Shown: positions 41,077-50,641, counted from the first letter of the stretch. The stretch: DNA of 64,000 nucleotides from Candidatus Jorgensenbacteria bacterium (GCA_043807585.1 JAZDFV010000002.1:25581-89580), one strand, 5' to 3'. Program-made: numbers and translations. The notes: a model not told the origin generated them from the letters alone.

Positions 41077-41914
41077 AAACAAAGCGCTCATCCTCCTCGC
41101 GGCGCTCGCGGTTCTGGACGCGCTCATTTTCGCGCAGATCGGCGCATCACGCTCTGGCTATAAGCCATTTGCTATTAGCTTTCTCAACGTGGGGCAGGGG
41201 GACGCATCGCTCCTCATCTTTCCCACCGGAGTGAAGATGCTCATTGACGGCGGTCCGCCGAACGGCAGGGTGCTCGCCGAGCTCGAGGAGATCCTCCCGC
41301 ACACCGACCGCTACCTTGACCTTGTGATGATGAGCCACCCGCAGGTGGACCACTTCGGGGGTTTGATCGAGGTGGTGCGGCGTTACTCGGTGGGTGCATT
41401 CCTCATGTCGGTCCGGAATGGGGAAGGTGAGGCCCTCACTGAACTGCAGAAGGTGATCGCGGAGCGCGGCATTCGCACCGTCACTCTCGGGAGGGGCGAT
41501 GCGGTGAGAAACGGCGCCACCGTCGCCTCCGTGCTCTCTCCCACCCCGGCGCTCCTCATGAGCAAAGAGGCGAACGATGCGAGTATGGTGGTGGAAGTTT
41601 TGAGTGCGGGGGTGACGTCGCTTTTCACCGGGGATATGGGGAGCAAAGCGGAAGCGGCACTCCTGCCGCTTCTCCCAGGGCGCATTGATATCCTCAAGGT
41701 GCCGCACCACGGTTCCAAGTTCGCTTCTGGTGCGGCGTTCCTGAAGGCGGTCCACCCCGTGCTCGCGGTGATTGAAGTGGGGAAGAACAGCTACGGCCAC
41801 CCTACGCCAGAGGTGCTCGCGCGTCTCGCCGAGGTGGGTGCAAAGATATTCCGCACCGATGAGGGTGGGGTGACGGTCACGGCCGACGGTGAATCGCTGC
41901 GGATTTTCCGGTAG
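41039..41914 (+). CDS. ComEC-associated metallo-beta-lactamase domain protein
   Basis: VGQGD, SHPQVDH, LFTGD, KVPHHGS, YGHP. Confidence 0.93.
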   Translation: MFEGIRSLVARHKNKALILLAALAVLDALIFAQIGASRSGYKPFAISFLNVGQGDASLLIFPTGVKMLIDGGPPNGRVLAELEEILPHTDRYLDLVMMSHPQVDHFGGLIEVVRRYSVGAFLMSVRNGEGEALTELQKVIAERGIRTVTLGRGDAVRNGATVASVLSPTPALLMSKEANDASMVVEVLSAGVTSLFTGDMGSKAEAALLPLLPGRIDILKVPHHGSKFASGAAFLKAVHPVLAVIEVGKNSYGHPTPEVLARLAEVGAKIFRTDEGGVTVTADGESLRIFR

Positions 41915-41957
41915 TGTTCCATGTTCCATTAACGACTTACGATGTCGTTAATTTGAT

Positions 41958-41987
41958 TTGACAATAATGTAGTTGGAGTGCTATAAT
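41958..41987 (+). promoter_or_regulatory. Consensus sigma70 promoter of the DGR target gene
   Basis: TTGACA-N18-TATAAT. Confidence 0.75.
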
Positions 41988-42071
41988 CCAAACCAGCTTG
42001 TTTAACAGTGGCGCGTCTAGGGCCTGCCAGGGTGGCGGGTGAAGGGTGGCCACAAAAATGCGGAGGATACA

Positions 42072-42770
42072 ATGAGCAAGAAGCAAACGACCCCACTTGA
42101 ACAGTACGCCGGGCACCTGCAATCGGTGATGAGTTACCTTTCCAAAGGATTCACCGAGCGTGGCATCAATACCGTTGAGTTGCTCGCGAAAGCCGCGCAA
42201 CCGGAGAGCGAGCCAGCACTGGATGAAATTATTGAGGTGTGCGCGGGATTAATGGTCGGGGCGAGAGAACTCGCTTTGAAACACCCCGCCCTCATAGAAC
42301 CCCGCATCATCATCGCCACCCCCGCCTTCTCCAAGGCCCAATTCTTCGGCTCCCAGATGGGCGTGGGTATCTCCATGGGAACCAATTTTGAAAATTGGGT
42401 TTTGAGTGAGGTATCCGATGAGGTGCCCGCGTCGCAAGGCCTCGTGCTCGCATCCCTGGATCTCTCGCAACAAATGAGAGACACGGAGATCAGGGGTGAG
42501 ATTGGCGCGGATAATCCCCTCACCCCCGACCAGTGGGCACAAGCGCTCTACTTCAACCTCACCCGCCAACCCAATGGAGAGAAGGGATATTTCAAAACCA
42601 ACGATTTCTTCAGCAACCTCTCTTACCTGAAGTTGAGGGGCGGAGAAATTGTTGCGGCGGGCGCGTACTGGGACCCCGACGATCGCGTGTGGGGCCTGGG
42701 CGCCGATCGCCTTGATGCTGATCCGTGGGGTGTCGGCGATCGCGTTTTCCCCGCAGCTCCGACGGTTTAG
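42072..42770 (+). CDS. DGR variable (target) protein with C-terminal VR, probable C-type-lectin-like fold
   Basis: GGAGG SD; codons at 42651-42755 match the TR with A-specific changes; W..W..RVF C-terminal pattern. Confidence 0.88.
   Translation: MSKKQTTPLEQYAGHLQSVMSYLSKGFTERGINTVELLAKAAQPESEPALDEIIEVCAGLMVGARELALKHPALIEPRIIIATPAFSKAQFFGSQMGVGISMGTNFENWVLSEVSDEVPASQGLVLASLDLSQQMRDTEIRGEIGADNPLTPDQWAQALYFNLTRQPNGEKGYFKTNDFFSNLSYLKLRGGEIVAAGAYWDPDDRVWGLGADRLDADPWGVGDRVFPAAPTV
42651..42756 (+). repeat. DGR variable repeat (VR)
   Basis: 106-nt ungapped match to 43096-43201; 12 mismatches, all opposite TR adenines. Confidence 0.93.
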
Positions 42771-42832
42771 TCGGAGCGGGCTGGCCCTTCGTTCTTGAAT
42801 CCTTAGTCCCTTGGATTCTTGAACTTAATCTT

Positions 42833-42863
42833 CAGCCCTTTTCGCACTACGCGAAAAGGGCTG
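42833..42863 (+). terminator. 13-bp hairpin downstream of VR (terminator or DGR cruciform)
   Basis: CAGCCCTTTTCGC-ACTAC-GCGAAAAGGGCTG. Confidence 0.7.
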
Positions 42864-43095
42864 TATATTTTTGTATAATGAAAGCGGAGTTCCCGAATCT
42901 GCCGCGGCCAATACTGTTTGCTGGCGAAGCAGGGTTTCGGCGGGGGATTCCAAGTTTATAACGAAGGGCCAGCTGGTGCCGGGCGCTAGCGAGCTCACGG
43001 CTCGGAATAAAATTCAGCATTGAGAATTCGCCAAAGACGCCAGTCGCGATTCAAAATGCGGTGACACGGGAGGCGCGCGGCAATGGTTAACGGCG

Positions 43096-43201
43096 GTTGC
43101 GGCGAACGCGTACTGGAACCCCGACGATCGCGTGTGGAACCTGAACGCCAATCGCCTTGATGATGATCCGTGGAATGTCGGCAATCGCGTTTTCCCCGCA
43201 G
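43096..43201 (+). repeat. DGR template repeat (TR), non-coding
   Basis: AAC/AAT-rich copy of VR; intergenic; followed by hairpin CTCTCCGGT-TCAAT-ACCGGAGAG-TTTT (43217-43243). Confidence 0.93.
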
Positions 43202-43294
43202 GTTGCCCTTCTCTTGCTCTCCGGTTCAATACCGGAGAGTTTTATTCTTGACGCATCTGGTATTTCGCGGGATTTTCGGCTATACTTTTTCCAC

Positions 43295-44713
43295 ATGAGA
43301 ATTCTTTCCTCGGAGATTACAGCGCATGAGGGCAAGGAGGTGGAGCTCGCCGGGTGGGTGGATACCCGCCGTGATCACGGCAAGCTCATTTTTATTGACC
43401 TGCGCGACCGGGGCGGAATTGCCCAAGTGGTGTTCCCGGCGGCCGACAAAACGCTCCTTGAAAAGGCGGAGCGGCTGCGCCCCGAGTGGGTTGTGCGGGT
43501 GAGGGGGATGGTGCAGAAACGTCCCAAGGGGATGGAGAATGAGAAACTCCAGAACGGCTCCCACGAGGTGGCGGCGAGCGTGCTCGAAATATTCACCGAA
43601 GCGAAGACCCCGCCGTTCGACATCGCGGGTAGCGGACTCGAGGTGAACGAGGAAGTGCGAATGAAGTACCGCTACCTCGACCTCCGCCGGCCCCGGCTCC
43701 AGAAAAACATCCGCATTCGGTCGAAGATACTCGGTTTCATCAGGGAGTTCCTCGGCGCGCGTGACTTTGTGGAGGTGGAAACGCCCATCCTCGGCAAATC
43801 CACTCCCGAGGGCGCGCGGGATTACCTTGTGCCTTCGCGGCTCCAGCCGGGAGCTTTCTACGCATTGCCGCAGTCGCCCCAGCAGTACAAGCAGCTCCTC
43901 ATGGTGGCGGGGATGGAACGGTATTTCCAGGTGGCCCGCTGCTTTCGCGACGAGGATACCCGCGGCGACCGCCAGCCGGAGTTCACCCAACTTGACCTTG
44001 AGATGAGCTTCACGAGCGAGGAAGAGGTGCTCGCCATCACGGAGGAATTCTATGTGGCGCTCGTGAAACGGTTTTACCCCGGGAAGAAGATCGCGCAGGT
44101 GCCCTTTCCCCGCCTCACCCATAAGGAAGTGATGGAGAGGTACGGTTCCGACAAGCCGGACCTCCGGACGGACAAGGACAACGGTAATGAGCTTGCCTTC
44201 GCGTTCGTGACCGATTTCCCCATGTTCGAGTGGAAGGGTGGGGAGAAACGCTGGGATGCGGTGCACCATCCCTTCACCATGCCGCGTGTGATGGATGTGA
44301 ACGATTTCAACATCAAGTTCAAGGAAGGTCCCAGCAAGATGCTCGCGCGGCAGTACGACGCGGTGCTGAACGGTTTTGAGATCGGGGGCGGCTCCATCCG
44401 CATCCACGAGCCCAAGCTCCTCGCGGCGGTCTTTGAGGCTATGGGCAACGAACCGGAAGAGGTGCGGGAGAAATTTGGGCACATGCTCGAGGCCTTTGAT
44501 TACGGCGTGCCGCCGCACGGCGGCATCGCGCTGGGGTTGGATCGCCTCTTTGCGATTTTGGAGGGTGAGCCGAACATCCGCGAGGTCATCGCGTTCCCGA
44601 AGACCGGCGACGGGCGCGATCTCCTGATGGGAGCGCCCTCGCCTGTGGACGCGAAACAGTTGAAGGAACTGCACATCGCGGTCGAGGAGGAAAAGAAGAA
44701 CGGGAAGAAATAA
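43295..44713 (+). CDS. aspS: Aspartyl-tRNA synthetase (compact, lacking the GAD insertion)
   Basis: RRDHG, TPEGARDY, LPQSPQ, FRDED..DRQPEFTQ, PPHGGIALG. Confidence 0.98.
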   Translation: MRILSSEITAHEGKEVELAGWVDTRRDHGKLIFIDLRDRGGIAQVVFPAADKTLLEKAERLRPEWVVRVRGMVQKRPKGMENEKLQNGSHEVAASVLEIFTEAKTPPFDIAGSGLEVNEEVRMKYRYLDLRRPRLQKNIRIRSKILGFIREFLGARDFVEVETPILGKSTPEGARDYLVPSRLQPGAFYALPQSPQQYKQLLMVAGMERYFQVARCFRDEDTRGDRQPEFTQLDLEMSFTSEEEVLAITEEFYVALVKRFYPGKKIAQVPFPRLTHKEVMERYGSDKPDLRTDKDNGNELAFAFVTDFPMFEWKGGEKRWDAVHHPFTMPRVMDVNDFNIKFKEGPSKMLARQYDAVLNGFEIGGGSIRIHEPKLLAAVFEAMGNEPEEVREKFGHMLEAFDYGVPPHGGIALGLDRLFAILEGEPNIREVIAFPKTGDGRDLLMGAPSPVDAKQLKELHIAVEEEKKNGKK

Positions 44714-44715
44714 TT

Positions 44716-45306
44716 GTGTACAGATTCAAAGAAGAAAAAACACTGGTGCTCATCAAACCCGATGGCGTGAAGCGGGGACTCGTGGGAGAGATCATCCGCC
44801 GCGTGGAACAGCGCGGTCTGAAGATTGTCGCTTTGAAGATGTTCCAGGCCGCACCCGATGAGCTTGAAAAGCACTATCCGAAAACCAAAGAATATTTTGC
44901 GAGTTTGGGAGGCAAAACGCTTGCCACCTACGCGAAGTACGGGATGGATCCCGTGAAGGAGATGGGAACGTCGGACCCGGAAAAGATCGGGGAACAGGTG
45001 CACCAGTGGGTTGTGGACTTTATGACCTCGGGGCCGCTTGTCAAGATGGTGGTGCAGGGTCTCCATGCGGTGGAAATGGTGCGGAAACTGGTAGGGCCTA
45101 CCATGCCGGCCCAGGCGGAGATGGGGACCGTGAGGGGCGACTTTTCGGTTGATTCCGCGGCGCTTGCGAATACGCAAAAACGGGCCGTCCACAACCTCGT
45201 GCACGCCTCCGGGTCCGTTGAAGAGGCGGAAAAAGAGATAGCGCTGTGGCTCACCCCGTTAGAAATCCACGAATACAAGCGGGCGGAGGAGGACATCATG
45301 TTTTAG
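44716..45306 (+). CDS. ndk: Nucleoside diphosphate kinase
   Basis: TLVLIKPDGV, GTVRGDF, NLVHAS. Confidence 0.96.
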   Translation: MYRFKEEKTLVLIKPDGVKRGLVGEIIRRVEQRGLKIVALKMFQAAPDELEKHYPKTKEYFASLGGKTLATYAKYGMDPVKEMGTSDPEKIGEQVHQWVVDFMTSGPLVKMVVQGLHAVEMVRKLVGPTMPAQAEMGTVRGDFSVDSAALANTQKRAVHNLVHASGSVEEAEKEIALWLTPLEIHEYKRAEEDIMF

Positions 45307-45330
45307 CACCTTCGCAGGAGTATCAATATT

Positions 45331-46266
45331 ATGACGCGTGAGAACGCACCGCGCTTCGGAGTCGCAGGGAATCCGCCGAACTTTTGGAAGTCAAAATATA
45401 AATCTGACCGGCTAAATGCGGTAGAGTGGCTTCAAGGGATTGGTCTCAATGCCCTGGAATTACAGGCAACCTATGGCATCAAGATGCCGAGAGAGCGGGC
45501 GCTTCAATTCAGAGAGAAAGCGGAGAAGTGTGGGATATCTCTATCGTTGCATGCACCATATTTTGTTAATTTAGCGAGCAAAGATGCAGGTGTGGTTAAT
45601 CGTTCCATCCATCGGGTTCTTGATGCATTTCAGCTTGCAAGATGGTTGGGGACAGACCGAATCGTTTTTCACCCCGGTGGATTCGCCGGTGACCGAAATA
45701 GAGCTGTAGAGCAATTAATTTCGGGTGTCAAAATAATACAGAATCAGTTACCCGACGATGGCATCTTTTTAAGGGCTGAAGTGGGGGGTAAGATTAATCA
45801 GTTGGGCTCGCTGGACGAGATTATCACCATCTGCAAGGAAACGAGCATCGTAAAACCATGCATTGATTTCGCCCATCTTCATGCGCGTGAACATGGCTCT
45901 TTGATAAGTACGGAGGATTTTCGAAGAGTCTTCAGAAGGATTGAGGGTGATCTGGGTTCTGAGGTCTTAGAATTTTTACACTGCCACGTCTATCCTGTTG
46001 ACTTCAATAATTCGGGTGAGAAGTCCCACAAAAAATTCACCGATCGGAGACACACCGAACCACAACTTACTTTCTTCAGTAAATCTAACCCCCCAATTCA
46101 GGACAGGTACTATCCGCGCTTCGAACCATTTCTTGATGCCGTCATTGAATTTAACATGCAACCCACGATTATCTGCGAGGCAAAGGATTCTCAAGATGAG
46201 GGTGCCTTATTGATGAAAGCTTACTATACTAAAAAGACCAGTCAGATGGCACAATCTCTTTCATAG
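45331..46266 (+). CDS. nfo: Endonuclease IV-like TIM-barrel (AP endonuclease 2 family)
   Basis: HAPYFVNL, FHPG, CIDFAHLHA. Confidence 0.85.
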   Translation: MTRENAPRFGVAGNPPNFWKSKYKSDRLNAVEWLQGIGLNALELQATYGIKMPRERALQFREKAEKCGISLSLHAPYFVNLASKDAGVVNRSIHRVLDAFQLARWLGTDRIVFHPGGFAGDRNRAVEQLISGVKIIQNQLPDDGIFLRAEVGGKINQLGSLDEIITICKETSIVKPCIDFAHLHAREHGSLISTEDFRRVFRRIEGDLGSEVLEFLHCHVYPVDFNNSGEKSHKKFTDRRHTEPQLTFFSKSNPPIQDRYYPRFEPFLDAVIEFNMQPTIICEAKDSQDEGALLMKAYYTKKTSQMAQSLS

Positions 46267-46277
46267 GTGTAATAACC

Positions 46278-46751
46278 ATGACCGACCCTCGTCTCCATAT
46301 CGTTGCCGTTACCGGCATCATTGAACGGGACGGGCACTATCTTATCTTGAAGCGCGCTGAGCGGGAGGTGGCCTATCCGGGGTACTGGACCGTGCCGGGT
46401 GGAAAGTTGGTCCGCCACGAATACGAACACCTGCCGCGCACGCCGGGAACCGACGATTGGTATGACATTGTTGCCTATGTGTTGAAGAAAGAGGTACGGG
46501 AAGAGGCGGGGATTGAGGTGAAAGATATTCGCTATTTGACCGATATGACCTTCATCCGTCCGGACGGCATCCCCGTGCTGGTGCTTTCCTACTGGTGCCG
46601 CTATGAGAGCGGGGAGGTGAAAGTAGGCAAAGATATGGTCGATTTTGCCTGGATTACCCCCGAAGAGGGGAAACGGTACCAGATTATTCCTGGCATTTTG
46701 GACGAGATCGTGGCAGTGGACCGCATTCTGAAGGGGGAGCCGCGGCCGTAA
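46278..46751 (+). CDS. NUDIX hydrolase
   Basis: PGG...KEVREEAG Nudix box. Confidence 0.93.
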   Translation: MTDPRLHIVAVTGIIERDGHYLILKRAEREVAYPGYWTVPGGKLVRHEYEHLPRTPGTDDWYDIVAYVLKKEVREEAGIEVKDIRYLTDMTFIRPDGIPVLVLSYWCRYESGEVKVGKDMVDFAWITPEEGKRYQIIPGILDEIVAVDRILKGEPRP

Positions 46752-46818
46752 CATTTTGCGGTTTCTGTCAAAGGTTTATCCACACCGCGTGGTTTTCACG
46801 GGTGGTATAGTGAGAGTG

Positions 46819-46942
46819 GAAATCCCGCAACGAGGTTCCGGATCAAATTAATTTGTGATGGGATTCCGAATCGTTCCGTCCCGTGGGATGGAATTGAGGA
46901 AACCCACCTGATATAGAGCCGGGAACCCTTGAGCGGGGTTTC
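46819..46942 (+). ncRNA. Candidate 6S-like rod-shaped RNA
   Basis: GAAATCCCGC/GCGGGGTTTC closing stem, GGTTCC/GGAACC, internal bubble, terminal hairpin; TATAGT upstream, U-tract downstream. Confidence 0.4.
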
Positions 46943-47009
46943 TGTTTTTGTTTTTAAACGAGTAAAACGGTGGCCCCGCCGTTGGCGGGGCACTAGAACA
47001 AAACTTGTG

Positions 47010-47080
47010 TCGGGCCGCCGGAAGTCGAATCCGGACTAAATCCACCCCATGGACTCGTGCTACCATTACACTACGGCCCG
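47010..47080 (-). tRNA. tRNA-Pro(GGG)
   Basis: CGGGCCG/CGGCCCG acceptor, AGTCC-ATGGGGT-GGATT anticodon arm, CCGGA-TTCGACT-TCCGG T arm. Confidence 0.88.
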
Positions 47081-47123
47081 GAGAACGAAGATATCATACC
47101 CCCCGCACGGTATAATTACAAAT

Positions 47124-47843
47124 ATGCATCCAAGTGGAGTTCGAAAGAAAGCACAAGCGTTGAGAAAGAGAGGATTCACTCATCGCGAGATTGTGAAGGA
47201 GCTCGGCGTCAGTTTAGGTTCCGCCTATTTATGGACGCATGGCATCAAGTTATCCAAAAGCCAGAAGCGAGACATCCAAAAGCGCCGTCACAAGCATGTC
47301 TTCACCGAACAGGAGAAAGAGGCCATGCGAGAGCGTCTGAAGCCTCACTGGTATAAAAATACTTATAAAGATACCGACCTCATTGGAAAAATCCAAAACT
47401 TCTACTCAAAGAATGGTCGTATTCCATTAAAAAGAGAATTCAATTCACTGAGAGTTTTCCGGGTTCATTTCGGTAGCTGGAATAACGCGATTCGTCTTGC
47501 GGGGTTTGAGCCGAACCCCGTTCTCTTTTCAAAGAAATTTACTGCAAACGACGGTCACCCATGCGATTCTTTTACTGAAAAAGTCATTGACGATTGGTTA
47601 TATAAGCGAAGTATTCGCCACAAGCGACACGTCCCTTACTTTGGTACGAAAATGACAGCAGATTTTTCCTTAGGTCCGTCCGTCATGCTGGAATTTTTTG
47701 GGTTGGCCGGAGTTCAAAAACAGTACGACAAGCTTCTTGAGAGAAAACGGCAGATATGCCGCGAACGGGGTATACACCTCATCGAGGTGTACCCGCGTGA
47801 TTTGTTTCCGCGAAATCAGCTATCCAGACTGTTGAAAGCGTGA
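47124..47843 (+). CDS. HTH plus homing-endonuclease-associated repeat plus PD-(D/E)XK-like nuclease
   Basis: N-terminal HTH; FGSWNNAIRLAG repeat; DS..EKVIDDWL...ADF...LEFFG. Confidence 0.75.
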   Translation: MHPSGVRKKAQALRKRGFTHREIVKELGVSLGSAYLWTHGIKLSKSQKRDIQKRRHKHVFTEQEKEAMRERLKPHWYKNTYKDTDLIGKIQNFYSKNGRIPLKREFNSLRVFRVHFGSWNNAIRLAGFEPNPVLFSKKFTANDGHPCDSFTEKVIDDWLYKRSIRHKRHVPYFGTKMTADFSLGPSVMLEFFGLAGVQKQYDKLLERKRQICRERGIHLIEVYPRDLFPRNQLSRLLKA

Positions 47844-47871
47844 AACTAAAGCGCCCCACAGTGGGGCGCTT

Positions 47872-48090
47872 TCACTTTGTTTTGGAAAGCGTCCGTAGGC
47901 ACCGCGTGCAGACCATTGAGCGTTTGCTCGCTGCGCCGGAGCGTGAGCGAGGCGAGCCAGGAACCAAAAGCCGCGTCCACTGGAGATTAGCTTTTTTCTT
48001 TTCCCAGTTGGTAGGGTTGTAGTGGCCGCGGAGCAGTTTCCGTGTCCCGCCCATCGTGAATGATTTTTTGCACCGTTCGCAGGCACGCAT
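47872..48090 (-). CDS. rpmB: 50S ribosomal protein L28
   Basis: CERCKK...ANLQW...CTRCLRT. Confidence 0.9.
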   Translation of the reverse strand: MRACERCKKSFTMGGTRKLLRGHYNPTNWEKKKANLQWTRLLVPGSPRSRSGAASKRSMVCTRCLRTLSKTK

Positions 48091-48135
48091 AGGATAGGGG
48101 TTAGGGTAAGGGGTTTATGGTGAAACGTCAATGCT

Positions 48136-48771
48136 TCACCCAATCACCGTTTCCTTGTAGGTTTTCTTCGCGAAGTTGAATTCGTAGAACGTAGGATTGT
48201 CGCTCGAGCCGGTCTGGAGAATGAGGGTGTCGCGCGTGGGGTCGGTCGAGAAAGTCACGGTTCCCTCCGCGGCGCTCTGCGGGGGCATGGATCCGAATGA
48301 GCCGGTCCCGGGGGTCGGCGGCTGGTTTTCGCCTTCCAGGTCTATGAGCTGGAGCGAGCTCGCGGGGTTGAAAGCGCTGTAGCCGGTTGCCTGGTTAGTG
48401 TAGACGCGGAGGTGCACGGTGGCGGTACCGTCGGGCGCTCGGGAGACGCTCTCCACCGCTACCGTGAGATTGGTCCGTGGCTGGAGCGCAGGGCCCGATT
48501 GGGTTTGGAAAATGATGGTAGTGGGAATGGTGATGACGGCTGGCGCTGGCGGTGGTCCGCCGGCTGGGGGAGTGGAAGTGCTCGTGGGCGATGAGGTGGG
48601 TGGTGCGGCGGGCAACGGTGTTTCCGCCACGGGGCGAGCGGCGGTAAACTGCAGTTCGCTCACCGCGTTCTTGAGGTCCGAGAGTTCAAGGAAAACAAGT
48701 ACGAACCCACCAACCATGAGAAACGCAAGGACGATGACGGTAACGTAGAGGGGTGTTTGGTTTTGATGCAT
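48136..48771 (-). CDS. Membrane-anchored hypothetical protein with Pro/Thr linker and beta-rich domain
   Basis: N-terminal TM helix, P/T-rich linker; start revised to ATG 48771. Confidence 0.75.
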   Translation of the reverse strand: MHQNQTPLYVTVIVLAFLMVGGFVLVFLELSDLKNAVSELQFTAARPVAETPLPAAPPTSSPTSTSTPPAGGPPPAPAVITIPTTIIFQTQSGPALQPRTNLTVAVESVSRAPDGTATVHLRVYTNQATGYSAFNPASSLQLIDLEGENQPPTPGTGSFGSMPPQSAAEGTVTFSTDPTRDTLILQTGSSDNPTFYEFNFAKKTYKETVIG

Positions 48772-48820
48772 AGTTCCATTATTATAGCATTTCAGGCGGC
48801 GCTCCAGTATCATTAAGCAG

Positions 48821-49429
48821 ATGGAAATTACGTTTACCATCATCGTTCTCATCTTCTCCGTGGTGGTCCATGAGGTCTCCCATGGGTTCGTGGCGGAGCA
48901 CCTTGGGGACCCCACCGCGCGGCTCGCGGGGCGGCTCACCCTGAATCCCTTAAAACACCTTGACCCCTTCGGTTCCATTATTCTCCCGCTCCTCCTCTCA
49001 CTCCTCCCCGGCGGGGTGATCTTCGGCTGGGCGAAGCCGGTGCCCTATAACCCCTTAAACCTCAAGCGCCCGGAGCGCGACGGAGCATTGATTGCGGCCG
49101 CGGGGCCAACCGCCAATCTTTTTATTGCACTTGTCTTCGGTCTCGCGTTCCGCGCCATGGCGGTGTTGCCGGCTCTCGGCGGAGCGTTGGAACTTTTATT
49201 CGCGAAAATTGTGATCGTGAATGTGATGCTCGCGGTCTTCAACCTGGTACCCATTCCGCCCTTGGACGGTTCCAAGGTTCTCTTCTGGTTCCTCCCGCCC
49301 GGGGCCGTGAAATTCCGTGAATGGTTTGAACGCGCAGGCTGGCTCCTGCTCCTCCTCTTCATTTTCTTTGCCATTGACCTCATCGTACCCGTCATCCGCG
49401 GCCTCGCGGGATTTTTGCTTGGTGTCTGA
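48821..49429 (+). CDS. Site-2 protease (peptidase M50)
   Basis: HEVSH, FNLVPIPPLDG. Confidence 0.95.
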   Translation: MEITFTIIVLIFSVVVHEVSHGFVAEHLGDPTARLAGRLTLNPLKHLDPFGSIILPLLLSLLPGGVIFGWAKPVPYNPLNLKRPERDGALIAAAGPTANLFIALVFGLAFRAMAVLPALGGALELLFAKIVIVNVMLAVFNLVPIPPLDGSKVLFWFLPPGAVKFREWFERAGWLLLLLFIFFAIDLIVPVIRGLAGFLLGV

Positions 49430-49545
49430 ATCAATGTTACGAGGTTAAACCTCCTTAGGGAGGTTTAACCTCAAAAGATTGAGTTTTCATTGACTTTCCG
49501 CCGCCCTTTGGTATACTGCCCTACGCGTGGAGGCACGCATTTTTT

Positions 49546-49956
49546 ATGCCGACGGTCAACCAACTTATAAAGCGGGGGAGAAAACGCACCGGGGCGAAAG
49601 ATAAAACCCCCGGGCTTACCCGCTATTTCAACTATCTCAAGAACCGGCCGGTGGATTCCCCATCGCCATTCAAGCGGGGGGTGTGTTTGAAGGTTTTCAC
49701 CACGACGCCCAAGAAACCGAACTCAGCGTTGCGGAAAGTGGCGCGCGTGCGTCTCACGAACGGCATGGAGGTGACCGCCTACATTCCGGGCGAGGGGCAC
49801 AGTTTGCAGGAGCACTCGGTGGTCTTGATCCGCGGCGGCCGCGTGAAGGATTTGCCTGGCGTGCGCTACCATATTGTGCGCGGAGTGCTCGACACCACCG
49901 GCGTGGAGGCGCGGAAACAACAGAGAAGCAAGTATGGTGCGAAGCGTCAGAAATGA
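49546..49956 (+). CDS. rpsL: 30S ribosomal protein S12
   Basis: [18 protein letters not shown]. Confidence 0.99.
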   Translation: MPTVNQLIKRGRKRTGAKDKTPGLTRYFNYLKNRPVDSPSPFKRGVCLKVFTTTPKKPNSALRKVARVRLTNGMEVTAYIPGEGHSLQEHSVVLIRGGRVKDLPGVRYHIVRGVLDTTGVEARKQQRSKYGAKRQK

Positions 49957-50173
49957 AGTGTTTTGTCTCCGACGTTGCGGAGGAGTTACAAAACCTTCAC
50001 CCCGTTAGATAGCGGTAACAATATGAAACTTCAATACCAAGACAAAGAATCACGAACCATAACCGTCGAACCGCCCCGCGTGGATTTATCCGCATCTAAC
50101 GGGGTGCTCACTGTTGTGGCTCAATTTGCTTCGCCGCAATCAATGAGAGCTCGCAAATTGAGACAACACTGGC
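49957..50173 (+). mobile_element. Composite intergenic palindromic element (rpsL-rpsG) with mini-ORF
   Basis: 5' hairpin, 107-nt core ACCCCGTTAG..CTAACGGGGT (49999-50105), 3' hairpin, GGC-ATG. Confidence 0.75.
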
Positions 50174-50641
50174 ATGCGTAGAAAAGGTTTTAAACGGCGT
50201 ACCCATACTGCGGATCCCGCGTTCAATCGGGTGGATGCTGGGCGTTTTATCAATTATCTCATGGGAAAAGGGGAGAAGTCGGATGCCGAGAAAGTGTTCT
50301 ACGGGGCCTTGGAGAGAATAAAGGCGACTACCAAGGAGGAACCCCTCACGGTGTTTGGAAAAGCGATAGAGAACGCGACGCCGCTTTTGGAGGTGGTTTC
50401 CAAGCGCGTCGGCGGCGCGAACTACCAGATCCCACGCGAGGTGCGGCCCGAGCGGAAGTTCTTCCTTGCAACCCACTGGATTATCAAGGCGGCCCGCGGC
50501 AAGAAAGGGAAACCGATGGCGGAGTGTCTCGCCGAGGAGCTCATCGCCGCGGCGAAGAACGAGGGTGCGGCGATCAAAAAGAAGCAGGATACGCACCGGA
50601 TGGCCGAAGCCAACAGAGCATTCGCTTCGCTCCTGAGATGA
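50174..50641 (+). CDS. rpsG: 30S ribosomal protein S7
   Basis: RVGGANYQIP, HRMAEANRAF. Confidence 0.98.
   Translation: MRRKGFKRRTHTADPAFNRVDAGRFINYLMGKGEKSDAEKVFYGALERIKATTKEEPLTVFGKAIENATPLLEVVSKRVGGANYQIPREVRPERKFFLATHWIIKAARGKKGKPMAECLAEELIAAAKNEGAAIKKKQDTHRMAEANRAFASLLR

Noticed and set aside
42880-43095. avd gene upstream of TR
   Set aside because: Only about 215 nt with no suitable ORF; Avd needs about 110-130 codons
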